A stretch of 64,000 bases of DNA, taken from Sphingomonas sp. Lineage in GTDB: Bacteria > Pseudomonadota > Alphaproteobacteria > Sphingomonadales > Sphingomonadaceae. The position numbers and the translations under genes were made by a program. Each line of letters opens with the position of its first letter. Within the stretch, counting starts at the first letter, position 1. Of this stretch, positions 18,669 to 29,062 are shown piece by piece. The notes under the pieces are model-generated. The model worked only from the letters and a program-made list of their open reading frames with translations, ran no database searches and had not been told where the DNA came from. Location of the stretch: contig JBDSWC010000038.1 of NCBI GenBank assembly GCA_039926845.1, positions 10,964 through 74,963 on the forward strand, read 5' to 3'.

Positions 18669-19366
18669 GCATCTTCTCCTTGTTTCATCTTGGCGGCCCA
18701 GGCGGCGAACCATTCGGGCGGTTCGCCGGTGAAGCCCGCCATCTGCGCGTCGAGCGCGCGCTGGAACGCCGGGCGGGCAATGCCGCGGTGCATATAGGCC
18801 GTCAGGTTGGCGTACGCCTCGACGAAGCCCTGATTGATCAGGATTCGCAGCACGCTGACCATCAACAGGTCGCCGGCGGTAAAGGTATCGCCGTCGAGCC
18901 AGGTCTTGTCGCCGAGCCGCGCGGAAAGATCCTTGAGTCGCCCGTGGATGCGCTCCTCGACCGCCCCGCGGCGCATTTCCGACCACGGCTTGTCCGCCTC
19001 GAACAAGGTCACGAACGACAAGTCCATGATGCTTGGCTCGACCGAGTTGAGCGCGGCGAACATCCATTCGATCGCGCGCGCCCGCGCAGCCTTGTCGTCG
19101 GGGAACAGGCCGCCGCATGTCTCGGCGATGTGGAGCACGATCGCGCCCGATTCGAACAAGAGGACGTCGCCGTCCTCATAGGTCGGCACTTGACCGAACG
19201 GTTGCCGGTCGCGGTGCGGCGGTTCCTTTTGCTCGCCCTGGCTGAGGTAGAGGACGTCATAGGCTTGGCGGGTTTCTTCGAGCGCCCAGCGCACCCGCAG
19301 GTCGCGGACCTGGCCCTGCGCGAACGGTGGGACCCAGTCGAACGCTGTAATGGTCGGTTTTGTCAC
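18665..19366 (-). CDS. Glutathione S-transferase family protein
   Basis: VRWALEE, QPFGQVP, LFESGAI, FTAGDL. Confidence 0.93.
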   Translation of the reverse strand: MTKPTITAFDWVPPFAQGQVRDLRVRWALEETRQAYDVLYLSQGEQKEPPHRDRQPFGQVPTYEDGDVLLFESGAIVLHIAETCGGLFPDDKAARARAIEWMFAALNSVEPSIMDLSFVTLFEADKPWSEMRRGAVEERIHGRLKDLSARLGDKTWLDGDTFTAGDLLMVSVLRILINQGFVEAYANLTAYMHRGIARPAFQRALDAQMAGFTGEPPEWFAAWAAKMKQGEDA

Positions 19367-19384
19367 GTCTTCTCTCCTAGTGGA

Positions 19385-19504
19385 TCAGGTAAGCGGACTG
19401 GCGGCGGCGAGCGCATGTTGCGTGAGGACGAGGATCGCGGTGATCGAAAACCCGCTCAATCCCGTCACGATCGGCCCCGCCAGATATGGCATGAAACGAC
19501 GCAT
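19385..19504 (-). CDS. 39-aa hydrophobic small protein
   Basis: AAGGAG SD 7 nt before ATG; fills the gap between VOC and GST on the operon strand; one hydrophobic segment. Confidence 0.55.
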   Translation of the reverse strand: MRRFMPYLAGPIVTGLSGFSITAILVLTQHALAAASPLT

Positions 19505-19533
19505 CTTTTCGCTCCTTGTTCGCCGGGCCGTGC

Positions 19534-19977
19534 TCAGGCCGCGGCGGGTTCGTGTTGGTCGGCGAGCTGTCCGGTCATCGCCGCGACGTCCATCCACATC
19601 ACTTCCCAGATATGCCCGTCGGGGTCGGCGAAGCTGCGGCCGAACATCGCGTCGCCAAATTCCTGCTTGGGCGTCGGGTCGGCGGTGCCGCCCGCGCTCG
19701 TCGCCCGATCGACGATCGCATCGACCGCGGCGCGGCTTTCGCGGCTCAGGGCGAGCAGCACTTGCACCTGGCTGTGCGCGTCGATGATCTTGCGGTCGGT
19801 GAACGAATTGAACTTCTCGTGCGTCAGGATCATGACGTTCACGGCCGGTGAGAACGACATCATCGCCGCGGTGTCGTCGGTGAATTGCGGGTTATTGGCC
19901 GCGCCGATCGCTTCGTAGAACGCCATCGATCGCTCGAGGTCTGTGACCGGCAAATTGACGAAAATCATCTGTTCCAT
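19534..19977 (-). CDS. VOC family protein (lactoylglutathione lyase-like)
   Basis: MIFVNLPVTDLERSMAFY..NPQFTDD, FADPDGHIWEV; GGAGAG SD. Confidence 0.92.
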   Translation of the reverse strand: MEQMIFVNLPVTDLERSMAFYEAIGAANNPQFTDDTAAMMSFSPAVNVMILTHEKFNSFTDRKIIDAHSQVQVLLALSRESRAAVDAIVDRATSAGGTADPTPKQEFGDAMFGRSFADPDGHIWEVMWMDVAAMTGQLADQHEPAAA

Positions 19978-20021
19978 CGTTTCTCTCCATCGGGTCCGCC
20001 GCCGCCGTTGCGACTCGGGAT

Positions 20022-20079
20022 TTGACAATCATGCCGACTCGAGTTATAAAAAGCAACCATGAAGTTAGAAAAAGTAACT
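20022..20079. promoter_or_regulatory. Overlapping divergent sigma70 promoters with two palindromic operator sites
   Basis: Plus strand TTGACA(20022)-17-TATAAA; minus strand TTGCTT(20056)-17-CATGAT; operators AGTTATAAAAAGCAACC (20042-20058) and AGTTAGAAAAAGTAACT (20063-20079). Confidence 0.7.
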
Positions 20080-20745
20080 GACGTCGAAAAGACAGCGGAA
20101 AAGCGTTGGTATGACGATGCATGCGGTACGGCACTGGCGTTAGAATTCGTGGGCGAGCGCTGGTCCTTGCTCGTGATCCGTGAGCTGATGTACGGCCCGC
20201 GCCGGTTCGGCGAGATCAAGGCGAACCTGCCCGGGATCAGCGCTAACGTGCTGACGCAACGCCTGGAAAGCCTGGAGGACGCAGCAATCGTCGTGCGCCG
20301 CCGATTGCCATCACCGGCGAATGTCCAGGTCTATGATCTGACCGATTGGGGCCGCGAGGCGGAAGTCGCGATCCGCGAGATGGGCCGCTGGGCGGCGCGC
20401 TCGCCGCGGCACGACCCGATGGCGTTCATGTCGACCGCATCGGCGATGACCTCGCTGCGCACGTTGATCGATCCGGCGAAGGCGTCGCAGAACCCGATGA
20501 CCGTCGCGTTCCACTTTCCCGGTGATGCCTTCGTCGCGCGAGTCGGCGATGGCGGCATCGAAATCGTGCGCGGGGAGGGAACCGGCGCCGACATTACCTT
20601 CACCGGTGACACGCTCGCGATGCGGCGCACGATCTATGGCAAAGAAGGGTTCGACGGTGACGGTCTATTGGCGCTGACCGGCGGCGGCGCGACGGCACAG
20701 CGGTTCATCGATCTCTTCGCGCTGCCGGAGAAGATCGCCGTCTGA
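20059..20745 (+). CDS. HxlR-family winged-helix regulator with C-terminal SCP2-like domain
   Basis: YDDACG.ALALE.VGERWSLL..RRFGE..LPGIS.NVLTQRL. Confidence 0.9.
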   Translation: MKLEKVTDVEKTAEKRWYDDACGTALALEFVGERWSLLVIRELMYGPRRFGEIKANLPGISANVLTQRLESLEDAAIVVRRRLPSPANVQVYDLTDWGREAEVAIREMGRWAARSPRHDPMAFMSTASAMTSLRTLIDPAKASQNPMTVAFHFPGDAFVARVGDGGIEIVRGEGTGADITFTGDTLAMRRTIYGKEGFDGDGLLALTGGGATAQRFIDLFALPEKIAV

Positions 20746-20817
20746 CGCGTTGCATCGCACAACTAGTCTCGACTTCGCGCCACCCGTGCGTTTAGGAGGG
20801 CGCGCGAAGGAAGCACG

Positions 20818-21822
20818 ATGACCGACATCCCGAACACTCAGCCCGACAGCCGCGAGACGACGATCCTCGACGCGCCCGACCAGATGAAGTCGGTGCGCGA
20901 CCTGTTCGGGATCGATTCGGACATGCAAGTCCCCGCGTTCAGCGAGGCCGACGAGCGCGTGCCCGATCTCGACGGGGCGTACGTATTCGATCCGGACACG
21001 ACGCTCGCGATCTGCGCCGGGTTCGCACACAATCGCCGCGTGATGGTCCAGGGCTATCACGGCACCGGCAAGTCGACGCATATCGAACAGGTAGCGGCGC
21101 GGCTCAACTGGCCGTGCATTCGCATCAACCTCGACGCGCATATCAGCCGCATCGACTTGATCGGCCGCGACGCGATCGTGCTGCGCGACGGCCAGCAAGT
21201 GACCGAGTTCCGCGAGGGGCTGCTGCCCTGGGCGCTGCAGACGCCGACCGCTTTGGTGTTCGACGAATATGACGCCGGGCGCCCCGACGTGATGTTCGTG
21301 ATCCAGCGCGTGCTGGAGACCGAGGGCAAGCTGACCTTGCTCGACCAGAACCGCGTGATCCGCCCGAACCCCTATTTCCGGCTGTTCTCGACCGCCAATA
21401 CGGTGGGCCTGGGCGACACGAGCGGGCTCTATCACGGCACGCAAGCGATCAACCAGGGTCAGATGGACCGCTGGAACATCGTCGTAACGCTCAACTACCT
21501 GCCCGCGCATGTCGAAGCACAGATCGTGCTCGCCAAGTCGGGCGAGTATGACAAGCCGGAGGGCAAACAGATCGTCGACAATATGGTCCGCGTGGCGGAT
21601 CTAACCCGCAAGGGCTTCATCAACGGCGACATCTCGACCGTAATGAGCCCGCGCACGGTGATCACCTGGGCGCAGAACGCGATGATCTTCGACGATATCG
21701 GCTTCGCGTTCCGGCTATCGTTCCTCAACAAATGCGACGAGGCCGAACGTGCGCTGGTCGCGGAATATTACCAGCGCGTGTTCGGGAAGGATTTACCCGA
21801 GAGCGTTGTGGCAAAGGCCTGA
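20818..21822 (+). CDS. cobS: Cobaltochelatase subunit CobS (AAA+)
   Basis: GYHGTGKS Walker [27 protein letters not shown]. Confidence 0.96.
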   Translation: MTDIPNTQPDSRETTILDAPDQMKSVRDLFGIDSDMQVPAFSEADERVPDLDGAYVFDPDTTLAICAGFAHNRRVMVQGYHGTGKSTHIEQVAARLNWPCIRINLDAHISRIDLIGRDAIVLRDGQQVTEFREGLLPWALQTPTALVFDEYDAGRPDVMFVIQRVLETEGKLTLLDQNRVIRPNPYFRLFSTANTVGLGDTSGLYHGTQAINQGQMDRWNIVVTLNYLPAHVEAQIVLAKSGEYDKPEGKQIVDNMVRVADLTRKGFINGDISTVMSPRTVITWAQNAMIFDDIGFAFRLSFLNKCDEAERALVAEYYQRVFGKDLPESVVAKA

Positions 21823-21832
21823 CCCGGAGAGC

Positions 21833-23656
21833 GTGGCGCAGGACACACCCCTCGATCGCTTCAAGGCCGTGCTCGGCGGCGCGTCGCGCGCGCTGGCCGA
21901 CGAGCCCGAGGTCGAGCTGGCGTTCACCGCCGATGCCCCGGCACAATCGGGCAAGCACATCAAGGTGCCGATGCCGGCGCGGACGTTGCCCGCCGATCAG
22001 GTCGCCGAAGCGCGCGGATTTGCCGACGGCTTTGCGCTGCGGCTCAAGCATCATAACGCCGCGCTACACCTGAAAGCCGCGCCGCACGATGCGGTAGCGC
22101 GAGCGGTGTTCGACGCTGCAGAAGGCGCGCGAGTCGAGGCGCTGGGGTCGCGCGGCTATCGCGGGATTACCGACAATCTGGGCCATGCGCTCGATATGCG
22201 GTTGCGCAGCGACCCGATCACGCGCGCACGGACTCGTGACGAAGTGCCGCTGTCAACCGCGATCGGGCTGCTTGTGCGCGAGCGGCTGACCGGCGAGCAA
22301 GCGCCAGCAGTGGCGCAGCCGGGGCTCGCTTTGGTCCGCGAGTGGATCGAGGAGAAGGCCGGGGGCGATCTCGACGCGCTGCGCCTCGCGCTCGATGATC
22401 AGCGCGCGTTTGCCAGTCTCGCGACCAAATTGCTCGAGGACCTCGAACTCATCGAAGGCGACCAGGTCCCTGAAGACAGCGACGAGGGCGGCAACGACGA
22501 CGAGGGCACCGACGAGCAGGACCAGGGCGACGACGGCCAGGATGAGGGCGATCAGGGCCAAGGCGAGGTAGAGGCGCGCGGCGAGCAGTCGGAGACCGAG
22601 AGCGACGACGGCGAAGGCGCCGAATCGGGCGACGACGATTACGAAGATTCGGACGGCGAGGCCGGCGACGAGGGCGAGGAGGGGATGCTGCCCGTCCGCC
22701 CCAACCGCCCGTTCGGCGACCTGTCGCCGCACTTCGACTATAAGCCGTGGACGACCTCGTTCGACGAAACCGTCGCCGCGACCGAGCTGTGCGATGCCGA
22801 GGAACTCACCCGGCTGCGCTCATATCTCGACCAGCAGCTCGTCCATCTCCAGGGCGCGGTGACCAAGCTCGCCAACCGTTTGCAGCGGCGGCTGATGGCG
22901 CAGCAAAACCGCAGCTGGGACTTCGACCAGGAAGAGGGGATGCTCGACGCTGCACGGCTGGCGCGGGTGATCGTCAGCCCGGGCTCGTCTCTGAGCTACA
23001 AAGTCGAGCGCGAGACCGAGTTCAAGGACACCATCGTCACGCTGCTGATCGACAATTCGGGGTCGATGCGCGGGAGGCCGATCTCGATCGCGGCGATCAG
23101 CGCGGATATCCTGGCGCGAACGCTGGAGCGGTGCGGGGTCAAGACCGAGATCCTCGGTTTCACCACCCGCGCGTGGAAGGGCGGGCAGGCACGCGAGAGC
23201 TGGCTCGCCGCGGGGCGCCCGCCGCTGCCGGGGCGCCTCAATGACTTGCGCCACATTGTTTATAAGCAGGCCGACGAGCCGTGGCGCCGCGCGCGGCCGA
23301 GCCTCGGGCTAATGATGCGCGAGGGGCTGCTCAAGGAGAATATCGACGGCGAGGCGCTGTTGTGGGCGCACAACCGGCTGATCGGACGATCCGAGGAACG
23401 CAAGATCCTGATGGTCATTTCGGACGGCGCGCCGGTCGACGATTCGACGCTGAGCGTGAACAGCGGGTCGTATCTGGAACGCCATCTGCGCCAGGCGATC
23501 GGTTGGATCGAGCAACGATCCCCGGTCGAGCTCGCCGCGATCGGGATCGGCCACGACGTCACGCGCTACTACGAGCGCGCGGTGACGATCATGGATGCCG
23601 AGCAGCTGGGCGGCACGATCATCGAACAGCTCGCGGCGCTGTTCGACAAGCCGTGA
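21833..23656 (+). CDS. cobT: Cobaltochelatase subunit CobT (acidic linker plus VWA)
   Basis: GGAGAG SD before GTG; D/E-rich tract; [29 protein letters not shown]. Confidence 0.95.
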   Translation: MAQDTPLDRFKAVLGGASRALADEPEVELAFTADAPAQSGKHIKVPMPARTLPADQVAEARGFADGFALRLKHHNAALHLKAAPHDAVARAVFDAAEGARVEALGSRGYRGITDNLGHALDMRLRSDPITRARTRDEVPLSTAIGLLVRERLTGEQAPAVAQPGLALVREWIEEKAGGDLDALRLALDDQRAFASLATKLLEDLELIEGDQVPEDSDEGGNDDEGTDEQDQGDDGQDEGDQGQGEVEARGEQSETESDDGEGAESGDDDYEDSDGEAGDEGEEGMLPVRPNRPFGDLSPHFDYKPWTTSFDETVAATELCDAEELTRLRSYLDQQLVHLQGAVTKLANRLQRRLMAQQNRSWDFDQEEGMLDAARLARVIVSPGSSLSYKVERETEFKDTIVTLLIDNSGSMRGRPISIAAISADILARTLERCGVKTEILGFTTRAWKGGQARESWLAAGRPPLPGRLNDLRHIVYKQADEPWRRARPSLGLMMREGLLKENIDGEALLWAHNRLIGRSEERKILMVISDGAPVDDSTLSVNSGSYLERHLRQAIGWIEQRSPVELAAIGIGHDVTRYYERAVTIMDAEQLGGTIIEQLAALFDKP

Positions 23657-23952
23657 GCGTCGATCCGCCACCCGGCGGGTTCGCGGGGCCGGTCAAGCGC
23701 TCGATCACGATCGCCGGCCACGAGACGTCGATCACGCTGGAGCCGGTGTTCTGGCAGGCGCTGGAAGATGCGTCGCGGTCGCGGACGCTGCCGCTCAGCG
23801 CCCTGGTCGCGCAGATCGATGCTCTGCGTATCGAGGCCCAGGATCCGCCGAACCTCGCCAGCGCCTTGCGCACTTGGGCGCTCGCAGCTGCGGCACCGGA
23901 GAGAATGAAAATCACTCGCAATAGCGTTGACACTGCGAACGACTCTCAATAG
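23653..23952 (+). CDS. Ribbon-helix-helix domain protein
   Basis: [27 protein letters not shown]; GTGA overlap with cobT. Confidence 0.85.
   Translation: MSVDPPPGGFAGPVKRSITIAGHETSITLEPVFWQALEDASRSRTLPLSALVAQIDALRIEAQDPPNLASALRTWALAAAAPERMKITRNSVDTANDSQ
23904..23951 (+). promoter_or_regulatory. Two Fur-box-like sites flanking a TTGACA -35 element of the TonB receptor promoter
   Basis: AATGAAAATCACTCGCAAT (23904-23922), TTGACA (23927), CTGCGAACGACTCTCAATA (23933-23951), upstream of iron uptake genes. Confidence 0.65.
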
Positions 23953-23977
23953 CGACCTCCCGGCAAGGGAGATTAGA

Positions 23978-26485
23978 GTGACCCCCAACTACCGCGCCCG
24001 TCTCGCCAAGCCAGCGTTTTTGGCTCTGTCGTGCGTAGGTGCCTTTGCGACCCATCCGGCACTCGCGTCAGGCGATCCCGATCCGGTCCCGACCAGCGAC
24101 GACGATGACGATCAGAATCATCGCGACATCGTCGTCACCGGTCAGAAAATCCGGGACCAGCTCGGTCCGAAGGACGTCGCCCCGATCGTCAACACGCCCA
24201 AGTCGATTATCATCCTCGACAAGAGTGTGATCGAGCAGACCGGGTCGAACTCGCTGCAGGATGCGTTGCGCACGGTCCCCGGCATTACCTTCGGCGCGGC
24301 CGAAGGCGGCAACCCGATCGGCGACCGCCCGTTCATCCGCGGCTTCGACAGCCAGGGGTCGATCTATGTCGACGGCGTGCGCGACCTGGCGTCGCAAAAC
24401 CGCGAAGTGTTCGCGATCGATTCGGTGCAAATCATCCGCGGGTCCGATTCGACCTTGGGCGGGCGCGGCTCGGCCGGCGGTACCATCAATATCATTTCGC
24501 GACTGCCCACGACGGGGTCGTTCGGCTCGATCTCGGGCACCTATGGCAATGGCGATTACAAGCGGATCGGCGTTGATCTGAACGTGTCGCTAGCGAGCAA
24601 CGTAGCGTTCCGCCTGCAGGGCGTGTGGCACGATCAGGACGTGGTCGGCCGCGATGCGATATGGAACCGCCGCTGGGGCGTCGCGCCGTCGGTGACGATC
24701 GGGCTCGGCACCCCTACGCGGCTGACCGCCAGCTACTATTATCTCGAGAGCCATGAGCTGCCCGACAGCGGCATCCCGTATCTCTACATCTGCAACGCGA
24801 CCAATTGTAACGCGCCGGTCGGCAGCACCTTCACCACCCCGGCGCTTGGCCCGATCACGACGATGGGTGGACAGACCGGAACGGTATCGCGCTCGGCCTT
24901 CTACGGCCTTGTCGGGCGCGACTTCCGCGACACCAGGAGCCAGCAGGCTACGTTGCGCTTCGAGCACGATTTCGGCGGCGTTACGCTGCGTAACACCGCG
25001 CGCTACAGCAACGACGAGCAGGCCTATATCTACACGCAGCCCGACGACACGCAGGGCAACGTGTTCGGCACCACGGCAACCAACAGCACCACCGTGCGCC
25101 CCGACGGCGGCCTGCCGCTGACCAGCGGCGGCTATGTCTGGCGCCGCGCCAACACGCGCTACGGCTATGTTGGAAGCATCGTCGATCAGCTCGATCTGTA
25201 TGGCGTCGTCAACACCGGATCGATCGAGCACAGCTTCGCGGTCGGCGCCGAATTTTCGTGGGAAAAGGCGCGTCGTGGCACGTTCCTCAACGCCAGCGGG
25301 TCGACCATCACGCCGCGTTGCGACACCTTCACCGTCTCGCGCGGCTATTGCACCAGCCTGTTCAATCCCAATCCGCATCGGCCGTTCGTCAACTACACGT
25401 CGGACACCTCGACCGTGGGGACGCCGATCGTTCGGGGCGACGCCAATACCGAGACGCAGAACGACGCCAACACGATCTCGTTCTACGGCTTCGATTCGAT
25501 CACGCTGACGCCGTCGCTGATCCTCAACCTCGGTGCGCGCTACGATCGGTTCACGTCGATCACGACACCCGCCTTCGCGGCGGGCGGACCATCGTTCCGG
25601 TTCAGCCGGGTCGATGAATTGTTCAACTGGCAGGCAGGGCTGGTGTTCAAGCCGACCAAGAACACGAGCCTCTACGCCAGCTATTCGACCGCCGCGACGC
25701 CGCCGAACAGCCTGCTGGGCGAGGGGCGTGAGGACAATGCGCTGCCCACCACGATCGCGACCACCAATCAGCTCGATTTCCTCAAGGTCCAGAAGACCAA
25801 GTCGTATGAGCTCGGCGCCAAGGCGAGCCTGTTCAACGAAAAGCTGAGTCTCGCGACCGCGATCTTCCAGACCGACATCGACAATGCCCGCGTCACCGAC
25901 GCCAACAACCTCATCTCGTTCCTGGGCAAGACCCGCATCCGCGGGTTCGAGTTCAGCGCGAGCGGCGCGATCCTCGAAGGCTGGACCGTGTTCGGCGGCT
26001 ACACCTATCTCGATGCCAGGATCGTCGACGGCGGGTTCACCGCGCTGACCGCGCCGGCGGTAACCGGGCAGCTCGCCAAAACCGTGCTGGTCCCGTCGGT
26101 CAACACCGGCAAGCAAGTTCCGCAGACCGCCAAAAACAGCTTCACCTTCACCACCAACTACCAGGTGACCAAGCAATTCTCGATCGGCGGCAGCGCGATC
26201 TATACCGACCGGCAATATGGCGGCTATGCCGACAACCGCACCGCGACGCAGACGGCAGCGGGCGTCGTCACGGTTGCCCCCGCGACCAAGTTCCTGTCGC
26301 GCGGGATCGCCGGATATTGGCGGTTCGACGCGCAAGCGCGGTTTGCGTTGACCAAGAACATCGCGGTCAGCGTCAATGCGCAGAATCTGACCAACAAGGT
26401 CTATTTCAGCCAGGCGTTCATCAACCACTACGCCACGATCGCGCCGGGGCGGACGGTGTTCGGGACGGTGGAGTTCAAGTTCTGA
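23978..26485 (+). CDS. TonB-dependent siderophore receptor (Fiu/PiuA-like)
   Basis: IVVTG TonB box, TVPGITFGAAEGGNPIGDRPFIRGF plug, NLTNKVYF, C-terminal Phe. Confidence 0.93.
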   Translation: MTPNYRARLAKPAFLALSCVGAFATHPALASGDPDPVPTSDDDDDQNHRDIVVTGQKIRDQLGPKDVAPIVNTPKSIIILDKSVIEQTGSNSLQDALRTVPGITFGAAEGGNPIGDRPFIRGFDSQGSIYVDGVRDLASQNREVFAIDSVQIIRGSDSTLGGRGSAGGTINIISRLPTTGSFGSISGTYGNGDYKRIGVDLNVSLASNVAFRLQGVWHDQDVVGRDAIWNRRWGVAPSVTIGLGTPTRLTASYYYLESHELPDSGIPYLYICNATNCNAPVGSTFTTPALGPITTMGGQTGTVSRSAFYGLVGRDFRDTRSQQATLRFEHDFGGVTLRNTARYSNDEQAYIYTQPDDTQGNVFGTTATNSTTVRPDGGLPLTSGGYVWRRANTRYGYVGSIVDQLDLYGVVNTGSIEHSFAVGAEFSWEKARRGTFLNASGSTITPRCDTFTVSRGYCTSLFNPNPHRPFVNYTSDTSTVGTPIVRGDANTETQNDANTISFYGFDSITLTPSLILNLGARYDRFTSITTPAFAAGGPSFRFSRVDELFNWQAGLVFKPTKNTSLYASYSTAATPPNSLLGEGREDNALPTTIATTNQLDFLKVQKTKSYELGAKASLFNEKLSLATAIFQTDIDNARVTDANNLISFLGKTRIRGFEFSASGAILEGWTVFGGYTYLDARIVDGGFTALTAPAVTGQLAKTVLVPSVNTGKQVPQTAKNSFTFTTNYQVTKQFSIGGSAIYTDRQYGGYADNRTATQTAAGVVTVAPATKFLSRGIAGYWRFDAQARFALTKNIAVSVNAQNLTNKVYFSQAFINHYATIAPGRTVFGTVEFKF

Positions 26486-26496
26486 CACACGCCGCA

Positions 26497-27171
26497 TTGA
26501 CCCCGGCCGATGTCATTGCGCTGGCCGGCGACGGCGAAGCCGAGGCGCAGGCGCTTTACGGCCAGATGCTGCTCGACGGCATGCACGTAGTGCGCGATGC
26601 GCGGGCGGGGTTCGGCTGGTTCCTAAGGGCGGCAGCACAGGGGCATCTGATGGGGCTTAACATGGTCGGGCGCTGCTACGATCTCGGCTGGGGCGTGCGC
26701 GTGGACAAGGCGCGTGCGGCCGAATGCTATCGGATCGCGGCGGAGCAGGGGCTCGACTGGGCGATGTACAACTATGCGACCTTGCTCGCGCTCGGGCAGG
26801 GAGTCGCCGAGGACAAGCCGGCCGCATTCGGCTGGTTCCAGAAAGCGGCGCGGATGGGTAACGCCAAGGCGATGAACTTCGTCGGCAGCTTTCACGAAGA
26901 CGGCTGGGTCGTGTCGCGCGACATGGCGAAGGCGGCGCGGCATTACGCGCGCGCGGCCGAAGGCGGCGATTTCCGCGGCTGCTTCAACCATGCCCGGATG
27001 CTCGGCGACACTGGACGCACCGAAGAGGCGTTGACGTGGATCGAGCGTGCCGGCGCGACCGCTACCCCGGTGTTCCTCGAGAAGGCGGCGGCGTTCCTCG
27101 ACGCGTCGCCGGTGCCGGCGTTTCGCGCGCGGGGCAGGGCGGCGATCGAGCGCGGAGCGGCGGCATGCTGA
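26497..27171 (+). CDS. Sel1/TPR repeat protein (start uncertain)
   Basis: Repeated A..WF..AA.QG...A...LG..Y..G.GV units. Confidence 0.85.
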   Translation: MTPADVIALAGDGEAEAQALYGQMLLDGMHVVRDARAGFGWFLRAAAQGHLMGLNMVGRCYDLGWGVRVDKARAAECYRIAAEQGLDWAMYNYATLLALGQGVAEDKPAAFGWFQKAARMGNAKAMNFVGSFHEDGWVVSRDMAKAARHYARAAEGGDFRGCFNHARMLGDTGRTEEALTWIERAGATATPVFLEKAAAFLDASPVPAFRARGRAAIERGAAAC

Positions 27172-27848
27172 TCGCGATCCCCCACGTGCTCGACGCGAAT
27201 GGCGTGGCAAACGTCCGCGCCCTGATCGACGCCGCCGAGTGGATCGACGGCAATGCCACCTCGGGGCATCAATCCGCGCTCGCGAAGAAGAACGAGCAGT
27301 TACCGGAGGACTCCGCCGCCGCGCGCGAGGCCGGATCGCTGGTGCTTGATGCGCTGTCCGCCGCGCCGCTGTTCATCGCCGCCGCGCTACCGCTCAAGGT
27401 CTATCCCCCGCTGTTCAATCGCTATGCCGGCGGCGACACGTTCGGCGCACACGTCGACAGCGCCATCCGTATCAGGCGCGGCTCGGACTTTCGCATACGC
27501 AGCGACTTGTCCGCGACACTCTTCCTCGCCGACCCCGACAGCTATGACGGCGGTGAACTGGTGATCGAAGATTCGTTCGGCGAGCAGCGCGTGAAGCTCC
27601 CCGCCGGCCACATGGTGCTCTATCCCGCATCGAGCGTGCACCGAGTCGAGCCGGTGACCCGCGGCACCCGCATTGCCTCGTTCTTCTGGATCCAGTCGAT
27701 GGTCCGCGACGACGGCGCGCGGCGCATTTTGTTCGAGCTCGACCAGGCCGCGCAGGACGTCGCGTCGCGGCTCGGACAGGCCGATCCGGCGGCGGTGCGG
27801 CTGACCGGGATCTATCACAATCTGCTGCGGCGCTGGGCCGAAGCATGA
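27165..27848 (+). CDS. piuC: PKHD-type Fe(II)/2-oxoglutarate-dependent hydroxylase (PiuC/YbiX)
   Basis: [39 protein letters not shown]. Confidence 0.95.
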   Translation: MLIAIPHVLDANGVANVRALIDAAEWIDGNATSGHQSALAKKNEQLPEDSAAAREAGSLVLDALSAAPLFIAAALPLKVYPPLFNRYAGGDTFGAHVDSAIRIRRGSDFRIRSDLSATLFLADPDSYDGGELVIEDSFGEQRVKLPAGHMVLYPASSVHRVEPVTRGTRIASFFWIQSMVRDDGARRILFELDQAAQDVASRLGQADPAAVRLTGIYHNLLRRWAEA

Positions 27849-28984
27849 GGACGACCATGACCAAGATCGGGATGCGCAATGCCTGGTTTCAGGTGCACAA
27901 ATGGATTGGGCTGAGCCTAGCGATCCTGATCATTCCGCTATGCGTGACCGGCGCGGCGCTGGTGTGGGACGAAGCGCTCGACCATGTCGTCAATCCGAAG
28001 CGATATGCGGTCGGCACCGGCCCGACGCTCGCACCCGACCAATGGGCGACGGCGGCGCAGGCAGCGGTCGGCACGGCGCGAATCGCGACGATCAAGTTGC
28101 CCGCCGAACCCGGCGCGCCCGTGATCGCCTCGACCGGCCCGATGCCGAGCAAGACCCAGGGGCCGGCACCGCGCACCAACGTCTATCTTGATCCTGCAAC
28201 CGGTAGGGTGCTCGACGTCGCGAGCAGCCGGTCGGGGCTGATCATGACGATGCACCAGATCCACGGCACGATGCTGATCCCGGTCTGGGGGCGGCCGATC
28301 GTCGGGTGGATCGGCGTTGCGATGCTATTCTCGTGCTTCACCGGGATCTGGCTGTGGTGGCCGACGGTGGGCAAGTGGGTCCGCGGCTTGCGCTGGCGGC
28401 GGCATCGTAATCTCGACACCAACCTACATCATTTGTTCGGTTTCTGGATCGCAGTGCCGTTGTTCGTGCTGTCGCTGACCGGCGCGTGGATCAGCTTCCC
28501 GACCTTCTTCGGCCCGCTGGTCGGCGAGAATGCGCGCCCGATGGGGTTTAGCGCCGAACGCGCCGCGATGAACAAGGCGCAGCCGCTGGGCGTGACGAAG
28601 ACGTCGTTGGCCGCGGCGCAGGCCGCGGCGCTCGCGGAGCAACCCGGCAGCGTCACGCAGGTCGCGTGGCCGACCGACTACAAGGCGGTATGGCAGTTCA
28701 CCGTCAAGCCGGCCAAAGGTAAGCCCGCGGTCGTCGCGGTCGACGATATCAGCGGCGCGGCGTCGATCGCCCCCGACGCCAATCGCGGCCAAGCCGGCAT
28801 CGCGCGGCTGATGCGGCAGCTCCACGACGGCACCGGCATGGGCATCGGGTGGCAAGTGATCATCTTCCTCGGCGGGATGCTGCCGGCGATCCTGGCCATT
28901 ACCGGCGTGATCATGTGGTGGCAGGTAAGGGGCTGGAAGGCCGAGCTCAAGGCGAAGCAGAAGGCGCGAGCTACGACCGCCTGA
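27845..28984 (+). CDS. PepSY-associated TM helix protein (PiuB-like)
   Basis: [32 protein letters not shown] His motifs. Confidence 0.9.
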   Translation: MRTTMTKIGMRNAWFQVHKWIGLSLAILIIPLCVTGAALVWDEALDHVVNPKRYAVGTGPTLAPDQWATAAQAAVGTARIATIKLPAEPGAPVIASTGPMPSKTQGPAPRTNVYLDPATGRVLDVASSRSGLIMTMHQIHGTMLIPVWGRPIVGWIGVAMLFSCFTGIWLWWPTVGKWVRGLRWRRHRNLDTNLHHLFGFWIAVPLFVLSLTGAWISFPTFFGPLVGENARPMGFSAERAAMNKAQPLGVTKTSLAAAQAAALAEQPGSVTQVAWPTDYKAVWQFTVKPAKGKPAVVAVDDISGAASIAPDANRGQAGIARLMRQLHDGTGMGIGWQVIIFLGGMLPAILAITGVIMWWQVRGWKAELKAKQKARATTA

Positions 28985-28989
28985 TCGAT

Positions 28990-29062
28990 TAGAAAGAGCC
29001 GCCTCTCGTGGAGAGATGACGACTCTTTCCGTTGCTACCCGAAAGAGGAGGGGAACAACCCC
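28990..29062 (-). ncRNA. Candidate two-hairpin small RNA with CCUCCU anti-SD loop
   Basis: Minus strand TTGACA-16-CAGTTT promoter, hairpin GUUGUUCCC-CUCCUCUUUC-GGGUAGCAAC, then a terminator-like hairpin ending CUCUUUCU. Confidence 0.5.
28992..29029. terminator. Bidirectional terminator-like hairpin between convergent transcription units
   Basis: GAAAGAGCCGCCTCTCGTGGAGAGATGACGACTCTTTC imperfect inverted repeat. Confidence 0.6.

Noticed and set aside
22470-22685. Acidic low-complexity repeat tract
   Set aside because: Known D/E-rich linker of CobT
23656-23977. Cobalamin riboswitch between cobT and the TonB receptor
   Set aside because: The space is occupied by the RHH gene; no B12-box motif; Fur-like boxes and piuC context indicate iron uptake
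24590-26497. 635-aa minus-strand ORF
   Set aside because: Antisense to the TonB receptor; no recognisable domain
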